A DNA stretch of 64,000 nt from NCBI GenBank assembly GCA_029717555.1, contig JAMDHS010000034.1:124001-188000 (forward strand). The letters run 5' to 3'. The notes below the pieces were generated by a model. That model made no database searches. It worked only from the letters and a program-made list of their open reading frames with translations, and was not told where the DNA came from. The position numbers were made by a program, and so were the translations under genes. This DNA comes from Peribolospora baueri (lineage: Eukaryota). This document shows positions 48,233 to 61,636 of this stretch, one piece after another (positions within the stretch are counted from its first letter, which is position 1; each line of letters starts with the position of its first letter).

Positions 48233-50025
48233 ATGATGATGATCAGATCCACGACGACGACGACATCGCGCAGGACGTGGACCGACGACGAGGACGCCAA
48301 GCTGGCCAAGGCCGTCAAATTCGGTGAGCAGCTAGCTTCCGTGTGGCGGCCCAGCCCGGCCCGGGCCACAGGAAATTAAATACAAAAACTCTCCTTCCTT
48401 CCCCCTTCCCAGTCCAAGGTCGCTCCAGCTCGCCCATCAAGTGGAGCATCGTCGCCACTCACGTACCCGGGAGGACGAACAAGGAGTGCCGGAAGCGGTG
48501 GCACAGCAAAGTGGCCTGCAAAGTCCGCAAGGGAGCATGGGATCCTGATGAGGACGAACAGCTGCTCAAGGCCGTGCGCTTGTATGGATGCAAGTGGTCT
48601 TCGGTGGCCAAGCACGTCGGGACGCGCACTGGCGACCGTGAGCATCCATCCACATCGCATCGCCGCCGTCTTGCACGCCGTCCATGTCTCTAATGGATGG
48701 CCTTTCTCTCTCTCCAGAATGTGGCAAACGCTGGACAGACGCGCTGAACCCCAACATCAACCGCCGTCCCTGGACGGAGGAGGAGGTGGGTACGCTGGGC
48801 GGGCAGCCAGCCGCTGCGGATGCGAATAGTGAAGTGACCAACGCGATACTCTCCCCCTCTTCGCCTTGTCGCCGACAGGACGCTCGCCTGCTCGACGCGG
48901 TAGCCACCCGAGGCTCCGTCTGGTCCCAAATCGTCGCTGACTTTCCAGGCCGCACCGGCCTGTCAGCTAAGAACAGGTATGACCACCTACGACGGGCCAT
49001 CAAGTCCGGCAAGAAGCGCAAACTTTCGTCCCACCGCGTGGCCGAGGTTCGGGACGTGGAGGCGGAGGTCGACATGGGCCCCTCCAGCTGGTCCTCGTGG
49101 AGCTCGTCAGGCTCGCCGTTTCCATCTTCCGGCGCCGGCTCGTCACCGGCTAGCGTGTCTCCTAGATCGCATCCCTCTTCCCTTTCCCAAGCCTTCCAGC
49201 AGAGCTACCGAGACGGCATGCGTGCTGCGCACTCTCGCTCCAATAGCAGCACCAGCGATTCGACGACGACGACGACGACGACGGAGGCCAGCTCGACAAC
49301 GACGCACGACCTCGTCGGCAACTGCGCCACGCTCTCTCCCGCCCTCCTCGCCATAGCCGAGACTCTCCTCCTACCATTCTCCCCTTCTATTTCCCATTGC
49401 AGTCTGATGATCGACCCGCCGGCGGGAAGTACCCTCAGCACTGCTCCCACCTCCCAGCCCTCCTCGCGCCCTCCTTCTCCCTCTCCCTCGACCTCCTTCC
49501 GCTCAAGCCCAATCGCCCCGCCCGCATCGTTGATCACGGAGCGAGGCGTCGTCGGCCCAGGTTGCTCGTTCTGGCGCCCAAGGGACAGGGACACGGGGAA
49601 GGAAGGCACGATCTGCGGAGGTGTTTTGCCGACGTCGACGTCGACGTCGATGTCGTTGATCTCCCGGGACGAGCCCTGCGCACCGTGGGTGACGCAGGAG
49701 ACGACGAGGTGAGGAAACGGCAACGAGGAGGACAGCCGGCCGGGGTTTGTCTGTCGCTACGCCAGCCAACCAAACTCATCCTCCCGTATTGTTTTCTCTC
49801 TTCCTGCCGTGCCATGCCGCGCCATCCAGCTGGTCCAAATTACCGTTCATATACGACGATTCACACGATCTAACTCTACCGTGGTGCAAACCGGACGCAG
49901 AGACGGAAGCGGAGGCAGTGGCGGTGGCGGTGACAGATCACCGTCGATATTGGCGCCCCGGAATGTCAGAAGCGCAATTGCTGTGGCAGGACGATTGTGT
50001 GCGGTCGCTGCTCGGATACGAGTGA
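48233..50025 (+). CDS. Three-repeat Myb transcription factor (probable cluster regulator), multi-exon
   Basis: Repeats WTDDEDAKL...KWSIVATHVPGRTNKECRKRW, KGAWDPDEDEQLL...KWSSVAKHVGTRTGDQCGKRW and RRPWTEEEDARLL...WSQIVADFPGRTGLSAKNRY, followed by a Ser/Thr/Pro-rich tail. The last exon is uncertain. Confidence 0.9.
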
Positions 50026-51261
50026 TGTGACGTGACTGGACCGGACGGACCACGCGGGCGGGCGCGTGGGTGAGCATGATCACCATCGTATGTATGGGCG
50101 ACGACGGATGGCGGGGGTCATGGTCAAGTGAGCGTTTATCCGACGTCGGGGTGCCCCTGTGCGACGCGGTGGCTCGTCGACAATCGGCTGTCTGTCGTCC
50201 GAGTCGACCAGCCCAGCACAGCACGGAGTAATTGGCCGACGAGAGGCGGTGTGCGGCAAGGGGCGAGGAGAAGGGGCGAGGAGGAAGGGATGGTAGTGGT
50301 GATATTTTTAGAAGGGAACCCGACTGGTTATGCACGAGCACGCTGCCGGCCAGCATGCAAGCTATCATAATTATAATCTCCTTATGACGTTCTTATGACG
50401 TCTCCATCTCGCTTTGCTTTCCTTTGTTCTAGGCGCGGAATACTCATGCAGACCGAGAATGTAGCCGTATCTATATTAATGAATCCTCCCCAAACCACGT
50501 GCTCCCGCCGCCGCTAGTCGAGGGAAGGCAGATAGAAGCGCTCCGCCGATTGCCGGCGCCGGCACATGTCCGTCCCTTCTTCTCTCCGACGCACCATCAT
50601 CATCATCCATTCGTCTCCGTCGGACCATACACCTGCCCAGCAGCCATTGCTTGTCCGGTCGGGACACACGGCTCGGCAGGCCGATCAGATATGGATGCAC
50701 GTGGACAGACTCCAACGACACGTTCGCCTTCTACGTCTGTTGTAGAGTTGGATTAGGGTTAATTTAAAGAATCGTGGTTGCAGAAATCGGCCGATTCGTA
50801 TTTCCCGAACAGCGCCAATGAAAATCCTGTTTGCTAGGTCCGCGTATATAAGAAGTCGTAGTGAGAGAGTGGAAAAAAAAGGGTAGAGAAGGGATGAAGG
50901 AAGGAGACGATGTGGAGGACCGCGACGAGTAGAGCGGATGAGTCCAGATCCGCAGCAATACCAGCGATCTGTTGGAAGAATCGCATTTCTGAACTGGTCG
51001 AATTTCTACATGAAGTCAAATTGTTGGGTTAAGTAAACCAACTCTTGCCGGTTGCCGTGAGCAGTTTCTTGAAGATCGCAATCTCCGTGGCCGTGAAGAG
51101 GAGATGGATGCACGTTCACGTTCGTACAGAGCGACGACCGGTCACGTACAGTGACAGTCTCTGTTGCCAGCGCCAGTGCGTCATCCAATTCGACAAAAGG
51201 AAAGAGCGGTGGGGATCGAGTCTACATCCATCTAACAACGTCCATGAGCTCTCGCTCTCGT

Positions 51262-54200
51262 TCAGCCGAAAACGTCGGTAGCCAACCTCTCCGCCTCCAC
51301 CTTGGTCATCCATTCCTTGAGCTCCTCCTCGCTCGTCGCCCCGCCCTTCGCCTCATCCGCCCAGACCCGGATGCGCAGGATCGTCTCCCGGACGCCCTGC
51401 GCCAGCTTGGCAGCCGAGCCGCAAACAAAGAGCTTGGCCCCGGCTTTGAAGAGCTCGACGAGCTCGGCGCGGTCGAGCCAGAGGCGATTCTGCGCATACT
51501 TGCACCCTTTCGCCCGCTCGTCGTCACTCCGGCTGAATGCATACCTTACCTCCACCACGCCCGCCTTTTGCCACGCTTCCAGCTCGTCCCCGTACATCAT
51601 GTCCGTCTCCGGGCTCCGGCACCCGTAAATGAGAACCGCCGGCGCAAGCTGCCGGCCGCCGCGAACGAGTTCGGCACGCTCCTGGACAAAGCCATGGAAG
51701 GGAGCGATGCCGGTACCGGCGCAGATCATGATCACCGGCGTACCCGTGTCTTCCGGTAAGTGGAACCTCACGTTCGAAGGTCGCACCGCCACGCGTACGT
51801 GGACGCCCGGCTCTAGCTGGCGGATGTAGTTCGAGCAGACGCCCTTGTAGAGCCCTTGGCCGGACAGAGCGGCGTCCTCGATGATGCCCACGCTGATCGA
51901 GCACTCGTGCGGGTTCACCAGAGGCGACGACGAGATGCTGTACTGGCGTACGCGCAACGGCGGCAGGAGCGCGAGAAAGACGGACAAGGGAAGGTCCACG
52001 GAAGAGAAGCGTTCCAAAACGTCCAGCGCCGACATGCGCTTCCTGCTCACCGCCACGGCGAATGCCTCCGCGTCCGACGCCAGCGTCTTCAGCTCCTTCT
52101 TCTCCTTCTCGTCCTTGGCGTGCACGACGTACTGCCCAAGAGCTTTGCGGGTGATTGGCTGAGCGAGCTCAACGTACCCTCCCAGCAGGTCGGTGATCGA
52201 GATGGGAACATCGGCGGGTAACGGAGTCGTCTTGCTCGGTCGGATCGTCAGCTCGGCGTCAGCGCCCATGTTGAAGCGCTTGAGCACTCGGTGGACATAC
52301 TCGGGTGGGTTGATGGGAAGAATGGCGAGGTAGTCTGTGATCATCCGGTCCCGATGCGGCCGGAATGACGACGACGACGACGACAAGTCAGCTACTGTCT
52401 GGGACTAGACCAAGACACGCTCCATATCACTCACCGCCCGCGCGATAGCCGACGTCTTCAGGCAGGGCGAATCGGACCTCCCTAGCCTCAGGACCCGCCT
52501 TCGTGAGCAGGCGGTTCCCCAGCACCTTGGCCGTTGAGAGATCGTGCTGCTTCAGCGTCGTCGCTCGCGTGCCCAGCGAGTTTAACACAACATCCAGCCC
52601 GACCGGTGCCTCGTCCCCGGCCACGGCCATCTGTCCAAAGGCGGCAGTGACCTTTGGCCAGAACAGGTCGAGCCAGTTGTCAAAGTCGGCGAACATGTCG
52701 TCTCCGCCGGCGTCGGCGGAGCCGCGCTCTACCAGGCGCTCGGCGCCGTGCTTGGCGAGCTGCTCGTCGATCAGTGTCGGCACGCGCTGGAACGTCGCCG
52801 CCCAGTCGCGGTGGCCGGCGCCCATGACGGCATACTTGGTCGACAACAACGACACGTCGAGCTGGTCGCGCCTCAACCACTCGACGAAACGGGCAGCGTT
52901 GTCGGCCGGTTGGCCTTCGAACGACGCGGCGACGATGACCACCGGTCCGTCCGAGAACGCCTGACCCATGAGGTTGTCCAGCGGCTCGATCGTCGGGTTG
53001 AAACCATGAGCTGGGGCGCCTTCGGCGATCTTCTGAGCAAAGTGGTCGCACGTGCCTGTGTTGCCACCGGAGAAGATGTGCATGCGCGTCTTGCCGCCCG
53101 CGTCACGCTCCTGCTCCTGGCGGGCCGCGCCGGCTTGCTCGTCCTCAGAGCTGGTCGAGACGGTGCCGCCTCCGGCGCCGTCGTAGGGTTTGAAGCCTTT
53201 GCGCTGCGTCGCATACATGGTCAAACCTTTTGGCTCTGATGACCGGAGTCAAGTCGAGAAGAGATCAGAGGAGGGCGCAGAGGTCGGAAGAGGATGTTAA
53301 CAAAGGCTAAACTCACTGATCGTAAGGGTTTGCTTGATCTGCAGCTCCGCGCTCGGGTTCTGCAAAGTCAAGTCGAACTCTTGGAAGACGCGCGCCAGAG
53401 CCAAGGTGGCCTCTTGCATTGCGAAGCCCCGTCCGATGCAGGCCCTTGCGGTACAAAATGACGACGGTGAGGAAGAAGTGTCAAAATCGACGGTCGTGAC
53501 ATCGTCAAAGAGCGAACATAAAGAAAAATCACCTTGGCCCGTTTCCGAAAGGCTTCCAGCTATTGGGCGGAAGATTCTCAAAGCCACCGTCGAGCATGCG
53601 CGACGGGTTGAACTCTTCCGGGTCCTTCCACACCGCCGGGTCGCGATGGGCAACGTAGGAAACGATCAGGAGCGAGTCATCCTTGGTGACTGCATAACGA
53701 CCGCCATCGATGGTCGTCTCGTCCTCTTTGCAATGCACGCTGAATGCGACCGCGGTCGGCGTGAGGCGGAGGGCCTCCTTGAGCACGGCATCGACAAACT
53801 TGAGCTTTGGCAAATGTTGAAGCGTGATAGGCCCCTTTCCACATACTTCATCCACTTCTGCCTGGAGGCGCAGATAGTCGTGCGGGTTCTTGCAAAGGTA
53901 ATAGGTAGCGAAGGACAAAAGACCGCTCGTCGTTTCTGTGAGAAGGGAGCAGCACGTGAGCCTTGATCCGTGCGGGCCAGACTCTCGGCATGACCTCGAC
54001 GGCTTCCTCCCACTATACACGCACCATGTCCAGCAATGAGAAAAGCTGTGCAGAAACGCAATAGGTAATCGTAGTGAATCCGATGATCTCCACTCCGTCG
54101 GAGCGCGCCCGCTTCCGCATGAAGGAGGACAACATGGGCCTTCCAACTCACTAATCATCTGGTAACGGATGTTTTCGTCCGAAAGCTTGGCGCCCGTCTG

Positions 54201-55523
54201 CTTGTCCTGGCCTTCGAGCATGGCTGACAAGAGATCCTTTCGACCGCCAGGATGAGTTTTCCGCTGAGAGACAATGTTGTCTGCGATCTGTGCGTGTGGA
54301 GGCGGGAGAAAAGGACGTATCCGTCATCAGCCTTGGCCGTAGCCCCGGCTTGGACGCATCTCTCGTTCCTTCGCTCATGCCAGACCAAAGCGTACCTTGA
54401 ACATCAGATTGCGCGACTCGCTCTCCTTGGGCTCCAACCACGAGTTGAGAAATTGAGGACGGTTTGAGCGTGTACCTGCGGCAAGGAGCCGTTCGACCAT
54501 GGCAGTGACGAAAGGGTGCTGCTCGTCGTGGCTGAGGGATGGGAAAAAAGGGTATGAACCGATGGATTGTTGTAAGGTTCGGCAGCAGGGAGAGACAAGC
54601 CAGACATATGGACAGGGCAGATAACGTTCTTGCCGTTGGGACGCTCACAAGAACGAGTTGAAACGGTAACCCATGGCGCAGAGGGCGATGGAGTCGAGGG
54701 CGAGACGAGTGTATTGGTCGACGGGGTCGATGGGCTCTTGAGGGCCGTGAAGACGCCAGCGAAGCATCATCTGGCTGACCACTTCCTGCATGCCGCCGAA
54801 CATGTCGTGCAGGGCGAGGGGCGAAAAGGCAGGTACGAGAATTCGGTGGGCAAGGGCCCAGTTTGGCTCATCATTGAAGGCGGTGAAGAGCTAGCGGGGG
54901 AGGGAAGGGGATGAGGGTGTGGCGAGGGAAAGGCAAGTGAGCGGTCGTTGCGCTAGGCGTCTCGAAGCCGACGCCGGGCGAGCGACGGGAACGGGGAGAC
55001 ATGCGGTGAATACGGACTGACCCCATCGCCAGCAACATCTCGAATCTCGGCAAGCCCACCGCCGACATGTTTCTCGAACCGCGTCGTATCACACAACTCG
55101 TTGACGATCTTTTGACTGTAGATAAAGACGGTGCGTGGGCGAGGGAAAGGTTAAAAAGGAAAGAAGGCGGGGATGAGGAGCACAGGCGAGAGAAGAGCGG
55201 CTTCAGAGTCAGTGCACGCACCTGGTGCAGACGATGACGCGACGTCCAGGAAGATTGAGCTGTAAAGGGCGAGGGGAAGGAAAGAAACAAGCAAAAAGGG
55301 CAGGTAAAGGTTGAGCGCTGACACTGGGTGCCGGTCGGTAGCCTTGCTTCTGCCGGCCGTCCTCTGCCTCTTTGATTGACCGCCACGCACGCACCCTGTA
55401 TATCGGTCCGTGTAATTTAGCCAACCTGGCCAGGCCGAGGACAGGGATATCTGTGTCCAAGTCGGTGATGTTGCCCAAAAAGGGCAAGCCCTTAGGTCCC
55501 GGTATCTCGGACAAGGGAGTCAT
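51262..55523 (-). CDS. Self-sufficient cytochrome P450/NADPH-P450 reductase fusion (CYP505/P450foxy/BM3-like) #1
   Basis: IPGPKGLPFLGN, AGH-ETT, ExxR (EALR), heme PFGNGPR-ACIG, FMN GGNTGTC and ASFEGQPADNA, FAD RQYSISSS and GVCS, NADPH AGTGIAPF, C-terminus ATDVFG*. Confidence 0.93.
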
Positions 55524-56285
55524 GGCCGCACAGGTCGAGGGATAGGTCTTTTTCGGTAGTTCGCTGACGGACGCAGGACGAAGGGGTGGTAGATATGGCG
55601 GCGACGGCGACAGGGGAAAAAAGTAGGGACGACGGAGGAGGCGCGTTCGTGGAGGGCTGGTTGTTGGTCGGTTCCCCGTCGTCCACGGGGAGGCCAGACA
55701 CCGACATGTTATAAGCCCATCGGTTTGATCTTCCTGCCCAAGCTATGTTGCGCCGACGCCATATCTCCTTCAGCCCGGCGTTGTCTTCCGATTCAGTTGG
55801 CGCCCGTCGATCTGTTGGGGCGCGAAGAAGTGGAGTGGAGACCGGGGCGTCGAGCCGAGCGAGATGAGATGTCTATCATGTCTCGCCAGCTGCATCCAGG
55901 CGGCCGCGGGACCCGATCACAACGAATAGGCTCGGGAGCGAATCGCGGCGGCCCAGCGCCGGTTTATCCAGGGAACACCAGATTCCTCCGGATCTCTAAA
56001 TACTTGGCGGGCGGATCCAAGTGGCGCTCACGCCCCGGAGGGTCTGATCTGCGGAACTTAGCAGCGGTGAGCGCGTGTTTCATCTTCTCGCATCCTCCTC
56101 TCTTCCCTCTCACCAACCTTCCCCGTCTCGGCTCGGCCACGCTCTCCCAACACGGTCAAGGCTGATGGCATTTTCCGGGAAAATCACGTCCAGCGGCTAT
56201 CAGGAAAGAGGCAACGCCAAACCCTCCAAGGACAAGGGTAACGCGAACAGAAAAAGGAGAAAGAGAAGCGCATCCGTCGCCGTCT

Positions 56286-59200
56286 TCAACCCCAGACGTC
56301 CTCATTGTATCGGTTCTGCTCGATGAGGTGCGACATCCACTGCTCGCCCGTCTTTTGCGAGCGCCCTCCGATTTGGCCCGCGATTTTGGTGATGGTCCTG
56401 CACAGTGCACCGAGGGCGACGTGAAAGCGTCAAAGCGTTGCTGAGACAGACACCCTCGCCGATCGCAAGCATTCGCGCCGCTCCACCGCGGACACTTCTG
56501 TCCACTCACTCTTTCACGTCCTTCGCCATTCCGCTCGCAGAGCCGCATACGTAAAAGGAAACAGTCTTCCTGAGCTTCCAGAGCTCCAAGCTATGCGCCA
56601 TGATCGCATGCTGCACGTATTTCTGGGGAGCGCCCGTCCTCTACGAGGACGACATCGAGTCAAAGGGATGCGAGGATCAGAGGGAGTCCCAAGCTCGTTG
56701 AGTTGTGGCGCACACGTACCGAGAAAGTCACGTAGAGCTGCGTCGTGAACAAGAGCGAAGATGGTCAGCGTCAAAACTCTCGCGAAAGACGGCCTCCCCG
56801 AAGAGGAAACCTGCCCCGACACTCACCAGGTCGAGCGCGCCGGCGGCCAAGTATTCGTGGAGACGCTCCTTATAGATAAAGTCATGCTCGTTCCTACAGC
56901 CAAAGAACAAGATCGTCGTGCTGGAACCACCCATCTTCGTGGACTTGAAACCCAGCTTATGCCGATGTTCGAGAAAGCCAAGGAACGGCGCTATGCCCGT
57001 TCCAGCGCAGACCATGGTCAGAGGCCTCGACGGGTCCTCTGGAGGTGAAAAAGAGCTTTGGACGCTTTTTACAGCGATGCGGACCAGGCTTCCCTCAGCA
57101 CATCGACCTAGGAAACCGCTCGCCTGGCCGGGGAAGATGCGCTGCCCGTCTTCCGATTTGGTGGCCACGACGCCAACACAGATGGTGACCGAGTTGGGCC
57201 GGACCAGGGGAGAAGAGGAGATCGAGTATCGTCGCGGTTGCATCGCTTGAACTGACGCGCAGCCGACAACGTCCGGAGGTGTGAACACCACGCCATCAGC
57301 TGAGAAACAGGCGAGCGAAATTGAAATGCAACTCACGAGCGACGAGGAGGTCGCCGAGCGAAAGTTCACGGACAGCAAAGTGTCGAAGGACCTCCAGCAC
57401 GGTCCGGTACTACGATCGTGTAAAGCGAAGCATGGTACGACGAGGCATCAGAAAAGATGTGCTCACGACCGTCACGACCGCGAAACGTCCAAATTCACGA
57501 GGCGAGTACACCCCGTTTTACCTTTTTGAGAAACGCCTCGCGACAGGCTACGCTCTCCGGGCTAGACACGTCTCCCTCGGCCGCCACACGAAGCACCTCA
57601 TATTCTTGAGGGTGGGATTGGCGCAGGCGAGCCGCGAGGGCCGAAAGCAGTGATCGTGGCGGTGGCGACAACAGGTCGACATAGTACGTAAGAGCCGCTG
57701 CGGTGGGCGGTTCGAGGGCGAAGAACCTGTCAGCTCTCATCGAAGATGGAAATCCAAACTCCATTCACCTTGGACCGTGCAGGGCTCCTTTATGACAGAG
57801 GCGAGCGAGCGGGGAGGAGCTCCCTTGCTGCTCTCGACTCTGAAGGCAGCACTGGGCGCCAGACCGAGCTTGATGGCGACCTCTGTGCGGTTGAAAAGAG
57901 AACGTGTGAGAACTATCGTGACCAGGAGCAGTTCGAGGCGCTCGCGTGCCATACCTTCAGCGATGGTGGGGTCGTTCTGAGGATACACCTCGAGATGGTC
58001 GCCTACGGCATAAGTCATTCCTTCGGGCAGCCCGATTTCAATGTGCAGCGTACTCCTCCCACTCTTGGTAATGTCTTGGAGCTCATCCAATTTGATGATC
58101 TTGCCGTTGACCTTACCATTCGTCTGATGGACGGCCGTGGCGTATGCTTCTTCGTCCGGCGAAATGAACGAGACCTCGGCACTGGCGGCCGAGCTGGCGA
58201 CACCTAGGACGAGCGATTCGGAGGATGTGTTGATGCCGAATTGCTCGTATAAGAAGGAAAGAAAGCGGGTACTCCAGCCGCGCCAATGTCCCTCCAAGTC
58301 ATCGTTGGCGTCCCCGATGCCCTTTTCAAAGTAACGCCGACCTCCAAGAGACTCCAACAAAGAGTCGATCCGTACAGGGAACTCTTGATATGTGCGCTAC
58401 CAAACGAATCAGGGGGCGGGGTGGGAAAATGTTACCGGTACGATTTCGAACATTGCTTCTTAACGGGACGAAAATAAGCTGACCCACCCATTGACTGTTA
58501 CCGGCGCCGAAAACCGTGTAGTTCCTGTACAGATAAGGAAAAAAAGCGAGAGATGAAATTAGATCGAAAAGAGCCATGCTTCAACGAGGCGAGCAGAATG
58601 CTCACATTCCAGCGAACGTGTCGCGTTCACCCTGTTTGTCACTCAGAAAAGCGCTGAAGGCTTCTGCCTAGGATAATGGAAGCAAAGAAAAAAAAAGCCC
58701 GAACCCGTTGTAAATAGTCATCCACGCAACGGCCCGGATCATGCGACTGAGAACGTACGTTATCTGGCGGCGTTCCATTGTTCGTAGACGTGACGATTGC
58801 CAGCAACGGCTTCATGTCGGCATCGGCCTCCGCTTGACTCGCCGCTCTGAGACGGTTGAGGCCATCATTGAGCAAGAAGTGATCGAGAGAGTCTGTGATG
58901 ACGTCCTTGAACCCGAGCCTGCCAAGCATGGCGGTGAGGTCATGGGCAAAGTCTTCGCAAGTGCCCGTGAAGCTGCCATAAAGGACACAAACTAGGGGCA
59001 GCTTGACATCCTCCTTCACTGCCACAGGTTCCCAGGCGGGTGTGCCGGGCAGGGGAGAAGTGGGATGGGAGGGCAAGGTGCCCGCAACGGTCGGAGCAGG
59101 AAGCTTTACGCGGCGTTCGACGCGCACCCGGTAGTTCAATGGACGAGTGGTGAGGCCTTGACTGTTGTACTTGACCGCATCGGGAGTTAAGGGGACGAAA

Positions 59201-61636
59201 TGGTAGCGGGCGAGCAAGAGGGGCAAGACGATCCTCATTTCCTGCACGGTGAATTCGCGGCCGATACAACCACGCATGCCCGTGGAAAAAGGGAGCCAAG
59301 CGTACGGATGACGAATCTTTGTCGCCTCTGGGGCGAAACGATCCGGGTCGAACCGGTGCGGATTCGGCCTAGAGGGCGATAGGAGTGAAGGACGGGTGCA
59401 CGGCAGAGCATGCTTGCTGTCAGCGCAAGGGCTTGAAGAGAAAAGTGAACGGGTCTTCCAGCACGTACCAAATCTTGGGGTTGTAATGCAGCGCGTCGAG
59501 GGACACCAAGAATCGATCACCCTTTCGGATGCTGTAGCTCTTTTCGGACGAGGGAATGATGGCGTCCCGGATACACAACTTGGAGAACGCCGCAGCGGGG
59601 GGATACATGCGAAGTGTCTCGAAGATAGTTTGTTCCATGTAAGGCATCTTCTTGAGTTGTTCAAAGGTCACTTCGGTTGACTCGGCGCTGAGGCCGGCGT
59701 CGACGAGTTCCTGCAAAAGTTTGCGCTCTACGCTGGGGTTACGGGAGACCAAATAGAAGAACCAGGACATTGTGCTCGCCGTCGTTTCATGGCCAGCCTA
59801 GGTTGCAAAACGCGAGACGGATCAGCACAGTGCACCGCGTCCATAACCTGTGGAGGGCAGGAGAGTGAACGGCACATGTCGAGTACGGAAAGATGCCTCA
59901 CGATAAGGAAGGTAATGCAATTGTCGCGGATTGCAATGTCGGACATCTTCGCGTCCGTGGCCGGATCGACGTTGTTGAGCATGAACTACGTGTTCGAATT
60001 AGCGCGTAGGGAGAGTGGGCACGAGTCTGGGTAAAATCATTCCGTCGAAAAAGCCCGTCCTCCTCGAACGTCTGGATACGGAGAGAACGAACCTGGAGTA
60101 GATCAGCGCGTTTTCCGGCCTCGGGGTCCTTCTTCCTGTGAGCGAGCACCTCGGCGACGAGCTGTTGCTGGTAACTGATGCTTTCGTCGAGCCGGGCGGT
60201 GCCATGCCACCATCGTGTCAAGCTGGACTGCCGCGACATGGCGAGACACTCGTCAAGGGTGTAGGACATCTCTTGAACAAAGCGGTGAGGAGGCGCCTGA
60301 ACATCGTTGGGATCCTAGATGGAGAGTGGTTGACGGAAATAAAAGAGTCGGAACCGCTATGCATAGGTGTGGGGAAGAAAAGCGGCAAAGACGCACGAGC
60401 ATGCCAAAATCGAAACCGAATCCACACTTTGCGATCGTCTGCAGAGCGATCTGGGTCATGAACTGCGAGATTTCGCATGGCTCTCGGGTGTCAGCAAAGA
60501 CGTCGAAGACGCGGGTCGCGGCCATGGCGACGTGGGACATATCTTGACCGTAAGAACGGATGGCCTTGGCTGAGAATGCCTTGAAGATGACACCAAAGAC
60601 AACGGGAGATTGAAAATAGGAGGATGTTTAAGTGTCGGTGAGAGTGAAACCTCTCTCCCATCGCGAAAGAGGCGGGGATGTATGCAAGCGCAGGCTTCAG
60701 AAGGGTTAGACATACCGGCATGAGCAACTTGTGCGCGAGCTTCCATACCGGGTCAGTCGTGCTTGTCGTGAACAGTCCTTCACCGGCAAGGAGCTTGATG
60801 TCGCCAAGAATTCCCGATGAGCGGTCGTTAAGCTCGACACGCTTCGTCTGGAGGAGAGACGGGGGCAAGCGTGAAAAGGGAGGAGGCGGACAGGAAGAAA
60901 GGTTCAGTAGTGCGCTGATTCGCCTCGCCGACATGGACTGTTCGCGAGGTGTAAGGGGAGTAAGATAGAAGAAAGTAAGGGTACGCACGAAGAAAGGGGA
61001 CTCGTTTGCGATGGTCTGAATACAATCGGGATCATTGGTGTAGTAGACGACGCTGTTGCCCGGAAAGGTGATCTGCGGAGGACATGAATCGAGTGGACCG
61101 GGGGGGGGGGGGGGGGGGGGGGGGGGAGGGGGGGGGGGGGTGGTGAGGTGAGATGTGCAGAAGCGGGCAGGCGATGCAAGGTGATCGAGGATGGGCTCAC
61201 CTTCATCACCGGACCGTATTGATCGAAAAGCTTGCGGACGCTGTCTTTGGGATCGGGACCGGTAATGTCGGGCAGGTTTCCGATAAAGGCTCTTGGCGCC
61301 GGACCTGGTGCGAGAGCACGCAAAGTCGCCCAGGGCAGGCGGTGAGCGCGCGCCGAGGGACACGTACGGAAACGCCGGCTCACCAGGAATCTCCTCGACG
61401 ATGTCCTTTGTGGCCTTGCAACGGAGCCACTTGGCGCGTTGCAACCCGTCGTTGTCCTTAACGTCGTCGCCGGAGTCGCCGTCAACGAGGGCAAGGCTGT
61501 GAGTGCCGCCGACAAAGCCCATCTTTGCTGCCGCGGCATCGCGGAAGGACTCGAAGGAGAGGGCGGCGTCGAAGGGGACGGCGACGGAGGAGAGTACGTC
61601 CTGGTCGGGCGGGAGGACGGCGATCGGCCTGGCCAT
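56286..61636 (-). CDS. Self-sufficient cytochrome P450/reductase fusion #2 with an extra ~80 aa N-terminal domain
   Basis: IPGEPAFP-FIGNL, LAGEGLFT, AGHETT, ETLR, heme PFSTGMRGCIG, FMN YGSFTGTCED and TSTNNGTPPDN, PRRYSISSS, AGTGIAPF, KYVQH, FYVCG; last exon ends RYNEDVWG* (TGA, reverse complement at 56286-56288). Confidence 0.9.
61100..61140. repeat. ~40 nt poly-G tract inside an intron of P450 #2
   Basis: Run of G with a single A interruption. Confidence 0.9.
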
